From Candidatus Bathyarchaeota archaeon (lineage in GTDB: Archaea > Thermoproteota > Bathyarchaeia > 40CM-2-53-6), in contig CAVTBR010000002.1 in NCBI GenBank assembly GCA_963733055.1, positions 32,001 through 96,000 of the forward strand: 64,000 bases of DNA, given 5' to 3'. This document shows, in pieces, positions 40,532-51,295 of this stretch. Each line of letters opens with the position of its first letter. Positions within the stretch are counted from its first letter, which is position 1. Below the pieces are notes generated by a model. The model did no database searches. It was not told the DNA's origin and was given only the letters and a program-made list of their open reading frames with translations. The position numbers were made by a program, and so were the translations under genes.

Positions 40532-41077
40532 TTATTCTTCTGACTTGAATATCTCCGCAATCGTGGAGCCATTCGTATTGGTGGTGATTTCGCTGATCGG
40601 ATCTCCGGCCGCGACCTGTCCCTCCTTCAAGACGGCAAGGTAGAAACCGCTTCGTCCACTTAGCTGGAAACGTTTCACCATCTCCATCGAATTGAACTTC
40701 ATTCCAAGCTTGTAGCAAGGAAACCTTGGTTGGGTTACGATCAGTTCCGCGGATCCAAACTGAAAGGAGTCGCCCGTATGCACCGCCTCCTCAAGAAGCC
40801 CCTGAGTCGTCAGGTTTTCTCCAAACATTCCCAACGGTAAGTCAACGTGCAACTGATCTTCCCAATACTCGTAATGTTCGGAAGGATATGCGTATACTGC
40901 CTTCTCCTTGCCCCCGTGCACCGCAAGGTCAGCCTGTACGTCTCCCTGCAAACCAAGCGTTTCTACACGAAGTGGGCCTTTAACAGGGGTCTTGAATATG
41001 CCCGTGGAAAACTTTTGGCCCTGCCATTCTACAGCTCGAATTTGGCCCACGTTGACCGACACAACGCTAGCACACAT
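40532..41077 (-). CDS. MOSC domain protein (YiiM-like)
   Basis: HGG..KAV, FGENL and QPRFPC motifs. Confidence 0.9.
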   Translation of the reverse strand: MCASVVSVNVGQIRAVEWQGQKFSTGIFKTPVKGPLRVETLGLQGDVQADLAVHGGKEKAVYAYPSEHYEYWEDQLHVDLPLGMFGENLTTQGLLEEAVHTGDSFQFGSAELIVTQPRFPCYKLGMKFNSMEMVKRFQLSGRSGFYLAVLKEGQVAAGDPISEITTNTNGSTIAEIFKSEE

Positions 41078-41099
41078 TCCATTGAAGCTCCTAGCCCAC

Positions 41100-42011
41100 T
41101 TAGGCGATGTACTCCGATCTTCGGATGAAGTTGTCGGATATCGCCCGTAAACTCTCCACTTGATCGGCGAGTGTCGTCATTCCGCTCGGGCTGGGGGTTA
41201 CGAGGACGGAGGATACGCCGAGTTTCGAAAGTTCTGAGATCGTGTTCTTGTTTTCCGGCATGTTTCCCGATAGGATTAGTCGGCGGTCCCCCTGAGGTCC
41301 CACGAATATTGTATCCTTGGTCTTGATATTAACCGGTATTCTGACGGCGATGGGTTTCTCCTTTCCGCCAGACAGGTTTCTGAATTGTGAGACGAGATCC
41401 TTGAACGTTGGCAGCGGGGTGACGTTTGGGTGCCATGCATCTCCGAGCGATATTGCTCGCTTCATCGCTGCTTTGCTGGCGCCCGCGATCCAGATTTCCA
41501 AATGATTCTTGATTGGCTTAGGCCGGAACACTGCACTGCTGATCTTGTGGGGGATGTTTCGGCCCTGAAAGTCGACGGTCCCTTCTTCAGCCCACAATTT
41601 CCGAGCGAGTTTGATGGACTCGTTTAGCCTCTTGCCTCGCGTGTGGAAATCTGAGCCAAGGTGGGCGAACTCTTTTTCATTCCACCCTGAACTAGTTGCA
41701 AGCATTACTCTCCCTCCGCTTAGGTGATCTACGCTCGCAAGTTGCTTGATGGCGACGACTGGATTTCGCATTGCCAAGATCAGGGAGGAGATGCCGAGCT
41801 TCACTGTGGTGGTGTGTGCCGCAAGGTACGCGAGTGAGGTTATGCTTTCCAAGATAGTCTCGTACGGTGTGCCGCTATTGAGGGGCATGAGAAGGTGGTC
41901 TGTTGTCCAAATTGACTCATAGCCCATCTTCTCCGCTTCAACCGCGACCGTTCGCATCGCGTCAACCGAGAATGTTTCGCCGTAGTTAGGTATGCAAACA
42001 CCAAACTTCAT
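41100..42011 (-). CDS. LLM-class F420-dependent oxidoreductase
   Basis: MKFGVCIPN, WTTDH, RNP and SGGR motifs. Confidence 0.85.
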   Translation of the reverse strand: MKFGVCIPNYGETFSVDAMRTVAVEAEKMGYESIWTTDHLLMPLNSGTPYETILESITSLAYLAAHTTTVKLGISSLILAMRNPVVAIKQLASVDHLSGGRVMLATSSGWNEKEFAHLGSDFHTRGKRLNESIKLARKLWAEEGTVDFQGRNIPHKISSAVFRPKPIKNHLEIWIAGASKAAMKRAISLGDAWHPNVTPLPTFKDLVSQFRNLSGGKEKPIAVRIPVNIKTKDTIFVGPQGDRRLILSGNMPENKNTISELSKLGVSSVLVTPSPSGMTTLADQVESLRAISDNFIRRSEYIA

Positions 42012-42392
42012 TCGAAAACCAGTTCCCCGGTTATGGGGAGAATTAGTAAACCTTACTCCGAAACCACGCTCGGGGCTAATCTTGGCGGTCAAGTTCTCCG
42101 CTAAGTTGAACTCTGGGTTGAGTACGCTTCGGTTTGCCGACTACGAACACTTTCACGCCGTCCACTCTCACTCTTGGCGCAAAACCAAGGTTCTCGCTTT
42201 CGTCAATTCGATTGGCTCGAATCCTGAGGCTGTATGCCAGATTTCTCGCGGCGTTCTCTGTGCCGCATTTCACTTTGAAGCCACGCAGAATGCCTCTCGC
42301 GACAAGCATGAGCTTTCGTTCCCTCTGACCGTATGCTACACGTTTGTCGAAGGTCCCCGGCCGGTATTCTCTGATTTTCTTGCTCCCTTGCC

Positions 42393-42409
42393 CCGCCGGC
42401 TTTCGGCGG
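42393..42409 (-). terminator. GC-rich hairpin downstream of 42432..42716
   Basis: CCGCCG-GCTTT-CGGCGG; terminator role uncertain in an archaeon. Confidence 0.25.
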
Positions 42410-42431
42410 CTTCTCCCCCTTCTTAAGTGTC

Positions 42432-42716
42432 TTAACGTAGACCCGTCCAAAGCATGACACCGAGTGCCGCCGTTTGAACCACCGTTATCGCCAATACAAT
42501 TCCCTCCACTCCAGCTGCGTAATACATGAACATAGATAGGAAGGAGTAGAGCGCGATCAGATTCTGGACGAGGAACAGCCCCGCGAAGAAAACCAAACCT
42601 AACGTGAATTGCGCACGCACTTTCCTAAAGCTGCTCAGGTAGATCCAAATCAACCCAATCAGCAATACCACATTCAGGAAGGAGAAGAAGGCAACTACCG
42701 CCATAGTTTCGTCCAA
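42432..42716 (-). CDS. Conserved archaeal 3-TM protein
   Basis: N..LL..L..IY....FTLGL..F..LFLVQN pattern. Confidence 0.75.
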   Translation of the reverse strand: MDETMAVVAFFSFLNVVLLIGLIWIYLSSFRKVRAQFTLGLVFFAGLFLVQNLIALYSFLSMFMYYAAGVEGIVLAITVVQTAALGVMLWTGLR

Positions 42717-43148
42717 ATCAATTCAACCCATTCAGATAAATCAAATCAATGAGGTCAATAAGTGATACGACAAGAAATCGTAGCACTGGGAGGCGTGAAC
42801 TCCATTAGCTAACGCTGTTCAACTCCAATTCACGTTGACTCAGATTAGACGGGGCTTCGTGCAACTTACTTCTAACCCTTTTCATGAGAATCTCGATGAC
42901 CTTCGGCCCAACTACTTCCTTGAGCACGTTCTCCAACGAGTTGCAGTGTTCGCACGTATTTTCACAGTTCTTCGCATGGGCGAGTTATCTAGGTTCCCCC
43001 AATTTTAGCCCTAATTCCTGCCCTTAGCTCGAATTGTTCCACCAGTGTATTCAGTTCTCGTAAGCTCGGTTGTTACCAAACGTTGCTGTTGGAGGTTACA
43101 CAGAGCCTATGGCGCACGTATTCCATGATTCCATTAAGGCGTGATTCC

Positions 43149-43310
43149 ATGGAGGTCGTGGGTAAGTCGACTGTTACGGGAAAGTATCAATTGACGCTCC
43201 CGAAATTTGTGAGAGAGTTCCTCGGGGCCGACAACGGTGATCTGATTGTGTTCATCAAAGACCACGATAGGATTCTGGTGAAGCGAGGCACGGTGAAGAT
43301 CGAAGAATGA
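43149..43310 (+). CDS. AbrB/MazE/SpoVT DNA-binding protein
   Basis: KYQLTLPKFVREFLG..GD motif. Confidence 0.85.
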   Translation: MEVVGKSTVTGKYQLTLPKFVREFLGADNGDLIVFIKDHDRILVKRGTVKIEE

Positions 43311-43358
43311 ATCCTTCGCAAGCTGACGCATGGAAGCCTTCAAAATCCGCTGGTTGAA

Positions 43359-43709
43359 TTGCGACAACCACAACTCGGCTTAGAGGTCAACAATGCTTTG
43401 GTTGAATCCATAGACGAAACCATTACGGCAGTACTTAGCCGAGCCGTGGTTGATGCCCTATATACTCATCTGCAGACATTTCACTCTGTCTCGAGAGATC
43501 AAGTGCCTTACAGACTTGACACTCTACTCACTACTCTAGAGAAGACTTTTGGCGTTCCCAGTTCACTGGTCATATCCAAATCCATCGCAAGGAAATTCTA
43601 CTTTAAGTTAGGACTTGAATTTACAGCGGATCCGCATCGCACTCTGCTCGAATACGTTGACGAAGCGAAAATTGAAGCTGCAAATGTAATGATCGAAGTA
43701 ATTTGGTGA
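43359..43709 (+). CDS. Small archaeal signalling-associated helical protein (DUF3227/NitrOD-like)
   Basis: E.IDE....L...Y.HL.....LE..FG pattern, in an operon with the kinase. Confidence 0.6.
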   Translation: MRQPQLGLEVNNALVESIDETITAVLSRAVVDALYTHLQTFHSVSRDQVPYRLDTLLTTLEKTFGVPSSLVISKSIARKFYFKLGLEFTADPHRTLLEYVDEAKIEAANVMIEVIW

Positions 43710-46546
43710 ATGCGTTGACCAGGAAAAAGAGGGTGAAAGTGAGGAAACGAAACCTAACGAAGGGCGGGTCAATTAAGGCGCACCGGTCGCTACGGAAAAC
43801 TGTACAGAAGCACACAACTGAACGCACTAGGCATGAAGAGGAGCTGGAGAGTATAGCGAGACTTCTCTCCGAGAGTCCTAGTCTTGTGTTCAGGCTGAAC
43901 GGCAATGGGACAATTCTCTACGCCAATCAAGCCAGCAACGCGTTACTGCAAATATGGAGGTGCAAGGTTGGAGACATATGCCCCAAGTTCTGGCAGGACT
44001 TGGTCAAAGAGTTACTCACGCACCATACCAGTAGACTAGTTGATATCGACATTCAGGAACGAACTTACTCATTTCAATTGGTACCCGTTCCGGTCGCTGG
44101 CTACGTCAATGCATATGGAAGGAACATCACGGAACGCAAACAGATGGAGGAGAAGCTAATCGAAAGCGAGGAGAAGTATCGGGCGTTAGTTGAGAATTCG
44201 CCAAACCTGATCGGTATTTTTCAGGATGGAAGACTGAAGTACGTCAACAGTGCCACAACCATCAGGATAGGTTGGACTTACGAAGAGCTCGTATCGCCCT
44301 CATTTGACCCAATGGAGAAAGCCGTGTCGCAGAAATCTAGGAGTTTGCTTAAGGAAAACGTTTCCAAGAGACTACGCGGCGAAGACGCCGGTAGTTATGA
44401 GATAAGTCTGATCAGGAAAGACGGTTCAGAAGTCCCGGTCTTGGTTAGGGGAGCGAAAATCACTTACGAAGGAAAGCCCGCAATCCAATTCTCATTCGGA
44501 GACATAACCGAACGCAAACGAATGGAAGATGCGTTGACGCATGAACGAACCATATTGCGTACGCTGATAGACAACCTCCCCGACAACATTTTTGTCAAAA
44601 ACACTGAGAGTAGATTTGTGATTTGCAACCTTGCGGATGCCCGCCTCTTGCGAGCCAAGACACCGGACGATGTGATTGGGAAGACGGACTTCGAGTTTTT
44701 TCCGCGAGAACTGGCAACAAGCTACTACGACGACGAACAGGAGGTAATACGTTCAGGACAGCCTCTCCTTAACAGAGAAGAACGCACGATAGACCCAGAC
44801 GGCAAAACACGATGGCTCCTGACAACTAAGGTACCATTGCGCGACGATAACGGAAAGGTCATCGGTCTTGCAGGTATAAACCGCGACATCACCGAACGTA
44901 AACGGTTGGAAGAAGAATTGAAGAACTATTCGCTGCACCTCGAGGAGTTGGTGGCTCAAAGAACGAGAGAACTACGGGAAAGCGAGGAGAAGTATCGCGA
45001 GCTGTTCGAAGCCTCCCCGGTATCGCTGTGGGAGGACGACCTCTCTGAAATGAAACAGTTCTTAGATGAATTACGCCAAGGAGGGATTTCGGATTTCGAC
45101 GCATACTTCGCCACCCACCCAGAGGATCTCGCCAAATGCGCTGCACTGGTGAGAGTCGTCAATGTGAACAAGGCTACGTTGGATCTCTACGGCGCGAAGT
45201 CGGTGGACGAGATTATTGGAGGCAAACGAGCAAGACGCCTCTTCTCAGAATCGAGTCAAGAATTTGTGGGGGATATAGTTGCTTTGGCTCAAGGCAAGCA
45301 GCACTATGAAGCAGAGATCGAAAATAGAAGTTTGCTCGGGGAAATGAAGCATTGGAATCTGATATGTGCTGTAGTTCCCGGTTACGAGCAATCACTTGCT
45401 AAGGTTCTGTATTGCTTGGTCGATTTGACTCCCCAGAAGAAGTTGGAGCAAGAACTTCGAGCGTCCAGAGAACAGCTTGAGTATGTTGTTGCATCGAACC
45501 CCGCGGTGCTCGTTCTTGAAAAACCTCTCCCTGACCTCTCCAACACATTTTCGGCGTTTGTGAGTGAAAGCACTAAATCTATATTCGGATTCGAGTCGAA
45601 GAACTTTCTAGGCAAGTCTGGGTCAGAATTCTTCAACAGTCGAGTACCTCCTGATGATCTGGCCAAATATTTGGCGGAGGTCCCGTTGCTCTGGAGAGAT
45701 GGGCATCATACGTTCGAGTTCAGGTTTCTTCACCGGGACGGAGGATACCGCTGGTTCCGCGAGGAAATGAAAGTCACTCGTGACGCCGAAGGACACGTTC
45801 TGGACGTGCTGGGCGTGTGCATCGATGTAACCGAACGAAAGAAGCTGGAGGAAAAGCTTGTAAAAGCCGAAAGACTTGCCGTCATCGGCGAGACTGCGGC
45901 AATGGTTGGTCATGACCTTCGTAACCCATTGCAGGGAATAATAGGAGCTCTACACCTCTTGAAACAAGAGTCATTGACGACGGAGGAGCGAAACGAAATG
46001 CTGCAAGTAATTGAGAAGAGCGTCCATTATTCTGACGCTATCGTAAAAGACCTCCTGGACTACTCGGCGGAGATCAAATTGAAACGGGCGGAGGCAACGC
46101 CGAAGTCCATTACAAGGGATGCATTAGGAGCCGTCAGCATTCCAAGGAATGTCATGGTACAGGATTTGTCCGAAGACCAACCGGCACTGAGCGTTGACCC
46201 AGACATGATGAAGAGGGTGTTCATCAACCTCATCCAGAACGCAATCGACGCCATGCCACAAGGCGGCACCCTCACCATAAACAGCAAGAAATCCAATGGG
46301 AATGTCGAAATCGCCTTGGCAGATACTGGGTCCGGTATGGCGGAAAAAATTATGGCGAATCTCTGGAAGCCACTCCAAACGACAAAGGCGAAGGGAATGG
46401 GTTTAGGGTTGGCGATCTGCAAACGTATTGTGGATGCTCATGGAGGAAGTATGTCAGTGAAAAGTGAAGGTGGACGGGGGGCGTCTTTTGCAATACAACT
46501 TCCCCTCAGGCCTGAGGAGGTTAAGCTGGAGGTTAGTCCGGAATGA
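43703..46546 (+). CDS. Cytoplasmic multi-PAS sensor histidine kinase
   Basis: Repeated DITERK, GHDLRNPL H-box, NAIDA, DTGSG and GMGLGL motifs. Confidence 0.95.
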   Translation: MVNALTRKKRVKVRKRNLTKGGSIKAHRSLRKTVQKHTTERTRHEEELESIARLLSESPSLVFRLNGNGTILYANQASNALLQIWRCKVGDICPKFWQDLVKELLTHHTSRLVDIDIQERTYSFQLVPVPVAGYVNAYGRNITERKQMEEKLIESEEKYRALVENSPNLIGIFQDGRLKYVNSATTIRIGWTYEELVSPSFDPMEKAVSQKSRSLLKENVSKRLRGEDAGSYEISLIRKDGSEVPVLVRGAKITYEGKPAIQFSFGDITERKRMEDALTHERTILRTLIDNLPDNIFVKNTESRFVICNLADARLLRAKTPDDVIGKTDFEFFPRELATSYYDDEQEVIRSGQPLLNREERTIDPDGKTRWLLTTKVPLRDDNGKVIGLAGINRDITERKRLEEELKNYSLHLEELVAQRTRELRESEEKYRELFEASPVSLWEDDLSEMKQFLDELRQGGISDFDAYFATHPEDLAKCAALVRVVNVNKATLDLYGAKSVDEIIGGKRARRLFSESSQEFVGDIVALAQGKQHYEAEIENRSLLGEMKHWNLICAVVPGYEQSLAKVLYCLVDLTPQKKLEQELRASREQLEYVVASNPAVLVLEKPLPDLSNTFSAFVSESTKSIFGFESKNFLGKSGSEFFNSRVPPDDLAKYLAEVPLLWRDGHHTFEFRFLHRDGGYRWFREEMKVTRDAEGHVLDVLGVCIDVTERKKLEEKLVKAERLAVIGETAAMVGHDLRNPLQGIIGALHLLKQESLTTEERNEMLQVIEKSVHYSDAIVKDLLDYSAEIKLKRAEATPKSITRDALGAVSIPRNVMVQDLSEDQPALSVDPDMMKRVFINLIQNAIDAMPQGGTLTINSKKSNGNVEIALADTGSGMAEKIMANLWKPLQTTKAKGMGLGLAICKRIVDAHGGSMSVKSEGGRGASFAIQLPLRPEEVKLEVSPE

Positions 46547-47022
46547 GCGAATCAGCCAGAATCTTAGTGATCGATGACGACGAAAACATTAGGAAAACCG
46601 TTTCAATGACCTTGAAGCATGCAGGCTATTCCGTGGACACAGCAGAAAACGGGAAACAGGCCATCGAGAAGTCCGAGGCAAACTTCTACAATCTCGCTCT
46701 GATAGACATTCGCCTCCCAGACATGGATGGCACCGAACTCTTAACGGGTCTGAGAGAAACAACTCCAAGAATGGTCAAGATCATACTCACCGGTTACCCA
46801 GCCCTACAAAACACAGTTAAAGCCATCAACAAAGGCGTCGACGGCTACTTGATCAAACCAGTGAACAGCGAGGAACTGCTGAGGCTCATCAAGGAGAACC
46901 TCGATAAACAGAAACGTGAGAGCGAATACAGCCAAGAAAAGTTAACTCAATTCATAGAAACACGTTTAAAGAAATTAGGTGCAGAAGAAGGTGACCCCTC
47001 AAAGACGACAAAGAAAGAGTGA
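46543..47022 (+). CDS. Response regulator (REC domain)
   Basis: IDDD, DIRLPDMDG and YLIKP motifs. Confidence 0.93.
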   Translation: MSESARILVIDDDENIRKTVSMTLKHAGYSVDTAENGKQAIEKSEANFYNLALIDIRLPDMDGTELLTGLRETTPRMVKIILTGYPALQNTVKAINKGVDGYLIKPVNSEELLRLIKENLDKQKRESEYSQEKLTQFIETRLKKLGAEEGDPSKTTKKE

Positions 47023-47059
47023 CATACAACGTCGCGTAACTCCAAAAGAAATCCTGAAT

Positions 47060-47368
47060 TCAATTAGATGGGCTGGATTCTTGCTTAATTTTCATCCAAA
47101 TCCGAAGGAATTCATCATAATTCTGTTCTAGGTCAGGTGAAACGAAGTACATAGCGCCGTAACCTTCACCGGCTCCTACAATTAGATGATTCTTCTGGAG
47201 TACATGCAGGTGATGCTTCACGGTCTTGTAATCCATGCCGAGATGGGTTGCAATTTGATTCGCATTCATAGGGTTCTCCTTGACGGCCACGACTAATCTG
47301 GCGCGGTTTGGCCCTCCTCGACTCCCGGTGAAGACCCACCAAATGAGTCGCCTAACCGCGCTTGACAA
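47060..47368 (-). CDS. ArsR-like winged-HTH regulator
   Basis: GSRGGPNR...NANQIA..L..DYKTVKHHL motif. Confidence 0.85.
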   Translation of the reverse strand: MSSAVRRLIWWVFTGSRGGPNRARLVVAVKENPMNANQIATHLGMDYKTVKHHLHVLQKNHLIVGAGEGYGAMYFVSPDLEQNYDEFLRIWMKIKQESSPSN

Positions 47369-47833
47369 ATCGCACCTTCCACCTCAACAGAAAGTGAATT
47401 ACTCCGACGAATCACGTTGTTTAACATCGCCTAATATCAGATTCGGCTTTGAAACAGGTGACATTTGGTTTACACACCGGTAAACCTCTAAAACTTGCTA
47501 AGAACTCGCCATTCCTAGATGGCCAATGATTATGCAGTTCGTCGGCACTTATGTTTGTCCAGCGTGTGAACAATTCCTCAAGAATAGGCGAGAGCTTGAT
47601 GATCGGACTGAGTTTTCTGCGTAGCTAATGCAGACCTCTGGAAAAGGAGCGCTAAAGAACGACAGATTCACCTCGTCATCGTATTTGGGCATAAATTGGG
47701 CGTTATCTTGGTCTATCGCTATATCGAGTTTCCATGCCCTCTACTCTCGAAGAGCATTGATTTCACGAAGAATCATCTGCAACGCAGAGAATCCCGTCAT
47801 TTTGAGCATTATGTTTCCTGAACCTTTTTCAAC

Positions 47834-49471
47834 GTGCGCATTCACAGATATGAAGGGAACGACTTGAGTTCTGTTCATTCAACCAAACGATGTTTTCTGA
47901 TAGGCCTATTCGCCGGGGCAATTGCAACTCTCGTATTCTATGTGGGCACTGAACTTCTTGGCTTACCGTACCCGCCCGAAGCGATTTTCCAAGTGCTAAT
48001 CAACCCCGTGCCAGGGTCAATCCAATCAGTTGTCGTCGACAATCTTCGCCAATACGCGAAATACGGCGCCCTGACCTTCGCCTCGGTCATCTTCGTAATC
48101 GTATACGGTGCAATCGGAATTCTAATCGGACTACTCTCGAGGCGCAAGATTTCCAAATGGGGGCTGGTTGGCATAGGAACTGTAATCACAACCGCTCTTA
48201 GCCTAGGCCTCGAAGCTGGATTCGCTTCGAGCGTATCAGTGCTCGCCTCTACAACAGGCATGGCGCTTGTCGCCGCGCTTGCAGTTGTGATCAACCTTGG
48301 GTTTGCCGCTTTCGTAGTCTCGAGCTTGAAGATTGGCCTTCCCGCCGTGGCACAACCAACTGTTAGATTGGCCCCCGAACGCCGCAAACTGTTAAAACGG
48401 GTGGGGTTGGGCGCGTTGGCGATAGCAATCGTATACTTTGCTGCCAGAGTGGGGCTATCACTGTTTTCGGGCCAACCCGTTATCCAAAGCAACACTCCGA
48501 TCCCAGTCAACAGCGCACAAACCACTATGAGCCCGACCGGGAGTGTGACGGGAGCAGCCGATATCTTCAGCGACCCGCGCATTGCCAACCTAATCGCTTC
48601 CGAGGTCACCGATACGCGAATTTTCTACCGCGTTGATATCGATCCATTCCCGCCGCAACTCGACTTCAATACGTGGACGCTGAATGTCACTGGAAAAGTG
48701 AACAAAGCACTCACAATATCGAAGAACGACCTTCTAGCCATGCCAACCAAGGATCAGTACGCAACCCTGGAATGCGTGAGCAACACTGTCAATCCCGCCG
48801 GTGCTCTGATTAGCAACGCAAAATGGACTGGGGTGCCTCTCGCAACAATTCTGAACCAAGCGGGCCTCAACTCCGACGCGGTCTACGTTGTCTTCCACTG
48901 TGCCGAAGGGTATTCGGTGGGTATACCTATGCAAAGGGCGCTTGAGCCCGGCGCGTTACTAGCGTACAAGATGAACGACGAACTACTCCCAACGGAACAT
49001 GGTTCTCCGCTGCGTGCGATCATACCCGGTCTGTATGGGATGATGAATGCTAAGTGGATCACTGGAATCGAGGTGTCGGACAACGTGTACCTCGGATACT
49101 GGCAAGAACGTGGTTGGACTAATGATGCCCAAATACACACAACCTCAATCCTCTACTACCCAGGGGATGGAGCCCAAGTTAACGGGTCGTTACCAATCGC
49201 GGGCGTGGCCTTCGCTGGGGACAGAGGCATCAGCAAGGTCGAGGTTAGCACCGACGGCGGATCCACCTGGAACCTGGCCGAATTGAAAGCACCCAAGTCA
49301 CCATATTCCTGGGTCTTATGGGCGTACAGTTGGACTCCAATGACAAAGGGAACCCAAACCATTACCGCTAGAGCAACCGATGGCACCGGACAGGTACAGG
49401 ATTCTACTAATGCGCAATCATTTCCCAACGGCGCGACCGGTTATAACTCGATCCAGGTCAACGTCACCTAG
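47834..49471 (+). CDS. Membrane-anchored sulfite oxidase-family molybdoenzyme
   Basis: TLECVSN, WTGV, HG.PLR..PGLYG..NAKW motifs and dimerisation domain. Confidence 0.9.
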   Translation: MRIHRYEGNDLSSVHSTKRCFLIGLFAGAIATLVFYVGTELLGLPYPPEAIFQVLINPVPGSIQSVVVDNLRQYAKYGALTFASVIFVIVYGAIGILIGLLSRRKISKWGLVGIGTVITTALSLGLEAGFASSVSVLASTTGMALVAALAVVINLGFAAFVVSSLKIGLPAVAQPTVRLAPERRKLLKRVGLGALAIAIVYFAARVGLSLFSGQPVIQSNTPIPVNSAQTTMSPTGSVTGAADIFSDPRIANLIASEVTDTRIFYRVDIDPFPPQLDFNTWTLNVTGKVNKALTISKNDLLAMPTKDQYATLECVSNTVNPAGALISNAKWTGVPLATILNQAGLNSDAVYVVFHCAEGYSVGIPMQRALEPGALLAYKMNDELLPTEHGSPLRAIIPGLYGMMNAKWITGIEVSDNVYLGYWQERGWTNDAQIHTTSILYYPGDGAQVNGSLPIAGVAFAGDRGISKVEVSTDGGSTWNLAELKAPKSPYSWVLWAYSWTPMTKGTQTITARATDGTGQVQDSTNAQSFPNGATGYNSIQVNVT

Positions 49472-49634
49472 CGGTGCCCCAGCAAACCATCTAGGGCATG
49501 TCGACTTAGGTCATTTGAGGTGGTTCATTCTATCTATTCGCAGGTTTTTGCTATAATACTGTGAAAGAACACCGTTGATTCCGCTGGATATTGATTCCAC
49601 GGCAGCGTAAATCAACATATTACCTACCCATAGT

Positions 49635-49871
49635 TAGGCCAACGATCCGGAGGCTAAGATTATCACGGTTACCGAGAAACTTCAACAACAGAAACGGTTC
49701 TTCTGCGAGAATTGCAAGCGCGAGGTCTTCCTAGAAAGCAAGTACTGCGACAAGTGCGGAGGAGAGATCCAGTGGCCAGAACAGATCAACAAAGTCCTCT
49801 CCTCGTGGACCAAGCAAACAAAGACTCGCAAGTTTTCCTTATTCAGTTTTCCAAAACGTCAAAAGTCCTAG
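49635..49871 (+). CDS. Small zinc-ribbon protein missing from the ORF track (start codon apparently corrupted)
   Basis: ANDPEAK...FCENCK...YCDKCGG...QKS*; preceded by TTAG where TTG would be expected. Confidence 0.6.
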
Positions 49872-50035
49872 GCAATCGGAGCGCCCCGATAACTTGGGGC
49901 ACGCGATTTGATTATGCTACTCACGTGCTGCTAGCCTCAAATTGGGGCCTGGCCGATTTGGTCGAGAACGATGATCCGACAGGCCCAATTCCGGGTTTGA
50001 CAAAGTTTATTCAAGCCGCGGGCAACTAGCGTCCG

Positions 50036-51295
50036 TTGAAGTATCACTCGGCTGAATCGGAGAACCGCGACTTGGAAGCATATTTCGTCGAAACGCCAGT
50101 AGGCATATTCATTCTAAATGAGAAGGAGGAGGTTATCGATAACGTCCTTTTCTCTCAAGATCCGAAAAAAGCGGCGGTGGAGCTAAAGGACATCCAAGAC
50201 GGGAAGCTTACCCCACCAATCCTAGAGACGCTGAAGCGGGTCGCTGAGAAATATTCTCCGATCGTATTCGAAAGTAGACAACTCGCCAGAACGGCCGAGA
50301 CGGAAGGAAAAGTCACAGTAGCCGCCAAAGGGATTCCTCTCGCCGAGCACTTCCGGACTCGCCTGGCGACGGAAGAGAAGAGTCGAGACAAGTGGTTGAG
50401 CCAACAGACCCTCGTCTCGCCTTCCCTGAAGACACCACGGGCATACAATGATTTCGCGCGAAAAGTAACTCTGGAGTTAGCGAGGTTAGGAATCGCCAGC
50501 GCCGCTGCGAAGCGCGACTTGAGTGCAGTGCAGGCTGTTCGCGCGATGGACGACTTGGACAAGGTTCTCAACCTCCTCGCAGGTCGCGTTCGAGAGTGGT
50601 ATGGCCTTCATTTTCCGGAAATGGATAGGCTCGTTGAGAAGCATGACATGGTCGCTAGGCTTGTGGCGAAGCTGGGGAACAGGCGTAACTTCACTTCTGA
50701 AGCGCTAATAGGTGAGGGTCTGCCGAACGAGAAGGCGGAGGAACTTGCTAAGGCCGCGTCGAAGTCGATGGGCGCGAACATAGATGATTCAGATTTGTTG
50801 GTTCTCCAAGCATTCTGTGGGCTCATGTTAGACTTGTATAAGTTTAGGGAGAAGAGCGAAAGCTTCGTTGAGGACTCCCTCAAACAAATCGCCCCCAACA
50901 TGACGGCGATCGTAGGAGCTTCCCTCTCAGCTAGACTGATCTCGATTGCGGGAAGCCTTGAGAATTTAGCGAAGATGCCGGCAAGTACCTTGCAGGTTCT
51001 CGGTGCCGAGAAAGCATTGTTCCGTTCACTGAAAACGGGTGCGAGGCCTCCCAAGCACGGGGTCATATTCCAAAACACCGCCATCCACCAGTCCCCGCGC
51101 TGGCAGAGGGGTAAGATCGCTAGAGCGCTGTCAGGAAAGCTCAGCATAGCATCAAGGGTCGATGCTTTCGGAGGAGACTTCGTCGGGGAGAAACTTAGGC
51201 AAGACGTCAGCAAGAAGGTTGACGAAATAAAAGAGAGGTACAAGGTAGCCCCCTCACCGTCCACGAAGAAGAAACAATATGCACGCAGACGTTAA
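50036..51295 (+). CDS. nop5: C/D box RNP protein Nop5 (Nop56/58)
   Basis: REWYGLHFPE, QVLGAEKALF and PKHG motifs. Confidence 0.95.
   Translation: MKYHSAESENRDLEAYFVETPVGIFILNEKEEVIDNVLFSQDPKKAAVELKDIQDGKLTPPILETLKRVAEKYSPIVFESRQLARTAETEGKVTVAAKGIPLAEHFRTRLATEEKSRDKWLSQQTLVSPSLKTPRAYNDFARKVTLELARLGIASAAAKRDLSAVQAVRAMDDLDKVLNLLAGRVREWYGLHFPEMDRLVEKHDMVARLVAKLGNRRNFTSEALIGEGLPNEKAEELAKAASKSMGANIDDSDLLVLQAFCGLMLDLYKFREKSESFVEDSLKQIAPNMTAIVGASLSARLISIAGSLENLAKMPASTLQVLGAEKALFRSLKTGARPPKHGVIFQNTAIHQSPRWQRGKIARALSGKLSIASRVDAFGGDFVGEKLRQDVSKKVDEIKERYKVAPSPSTKKKQYARRR

Noticed and set aside
42076-42450. Basic 124-aa ORF
   Set aside because: It overlaps both neighbouring ORF calls, has competing frames and matches no family I recognise.
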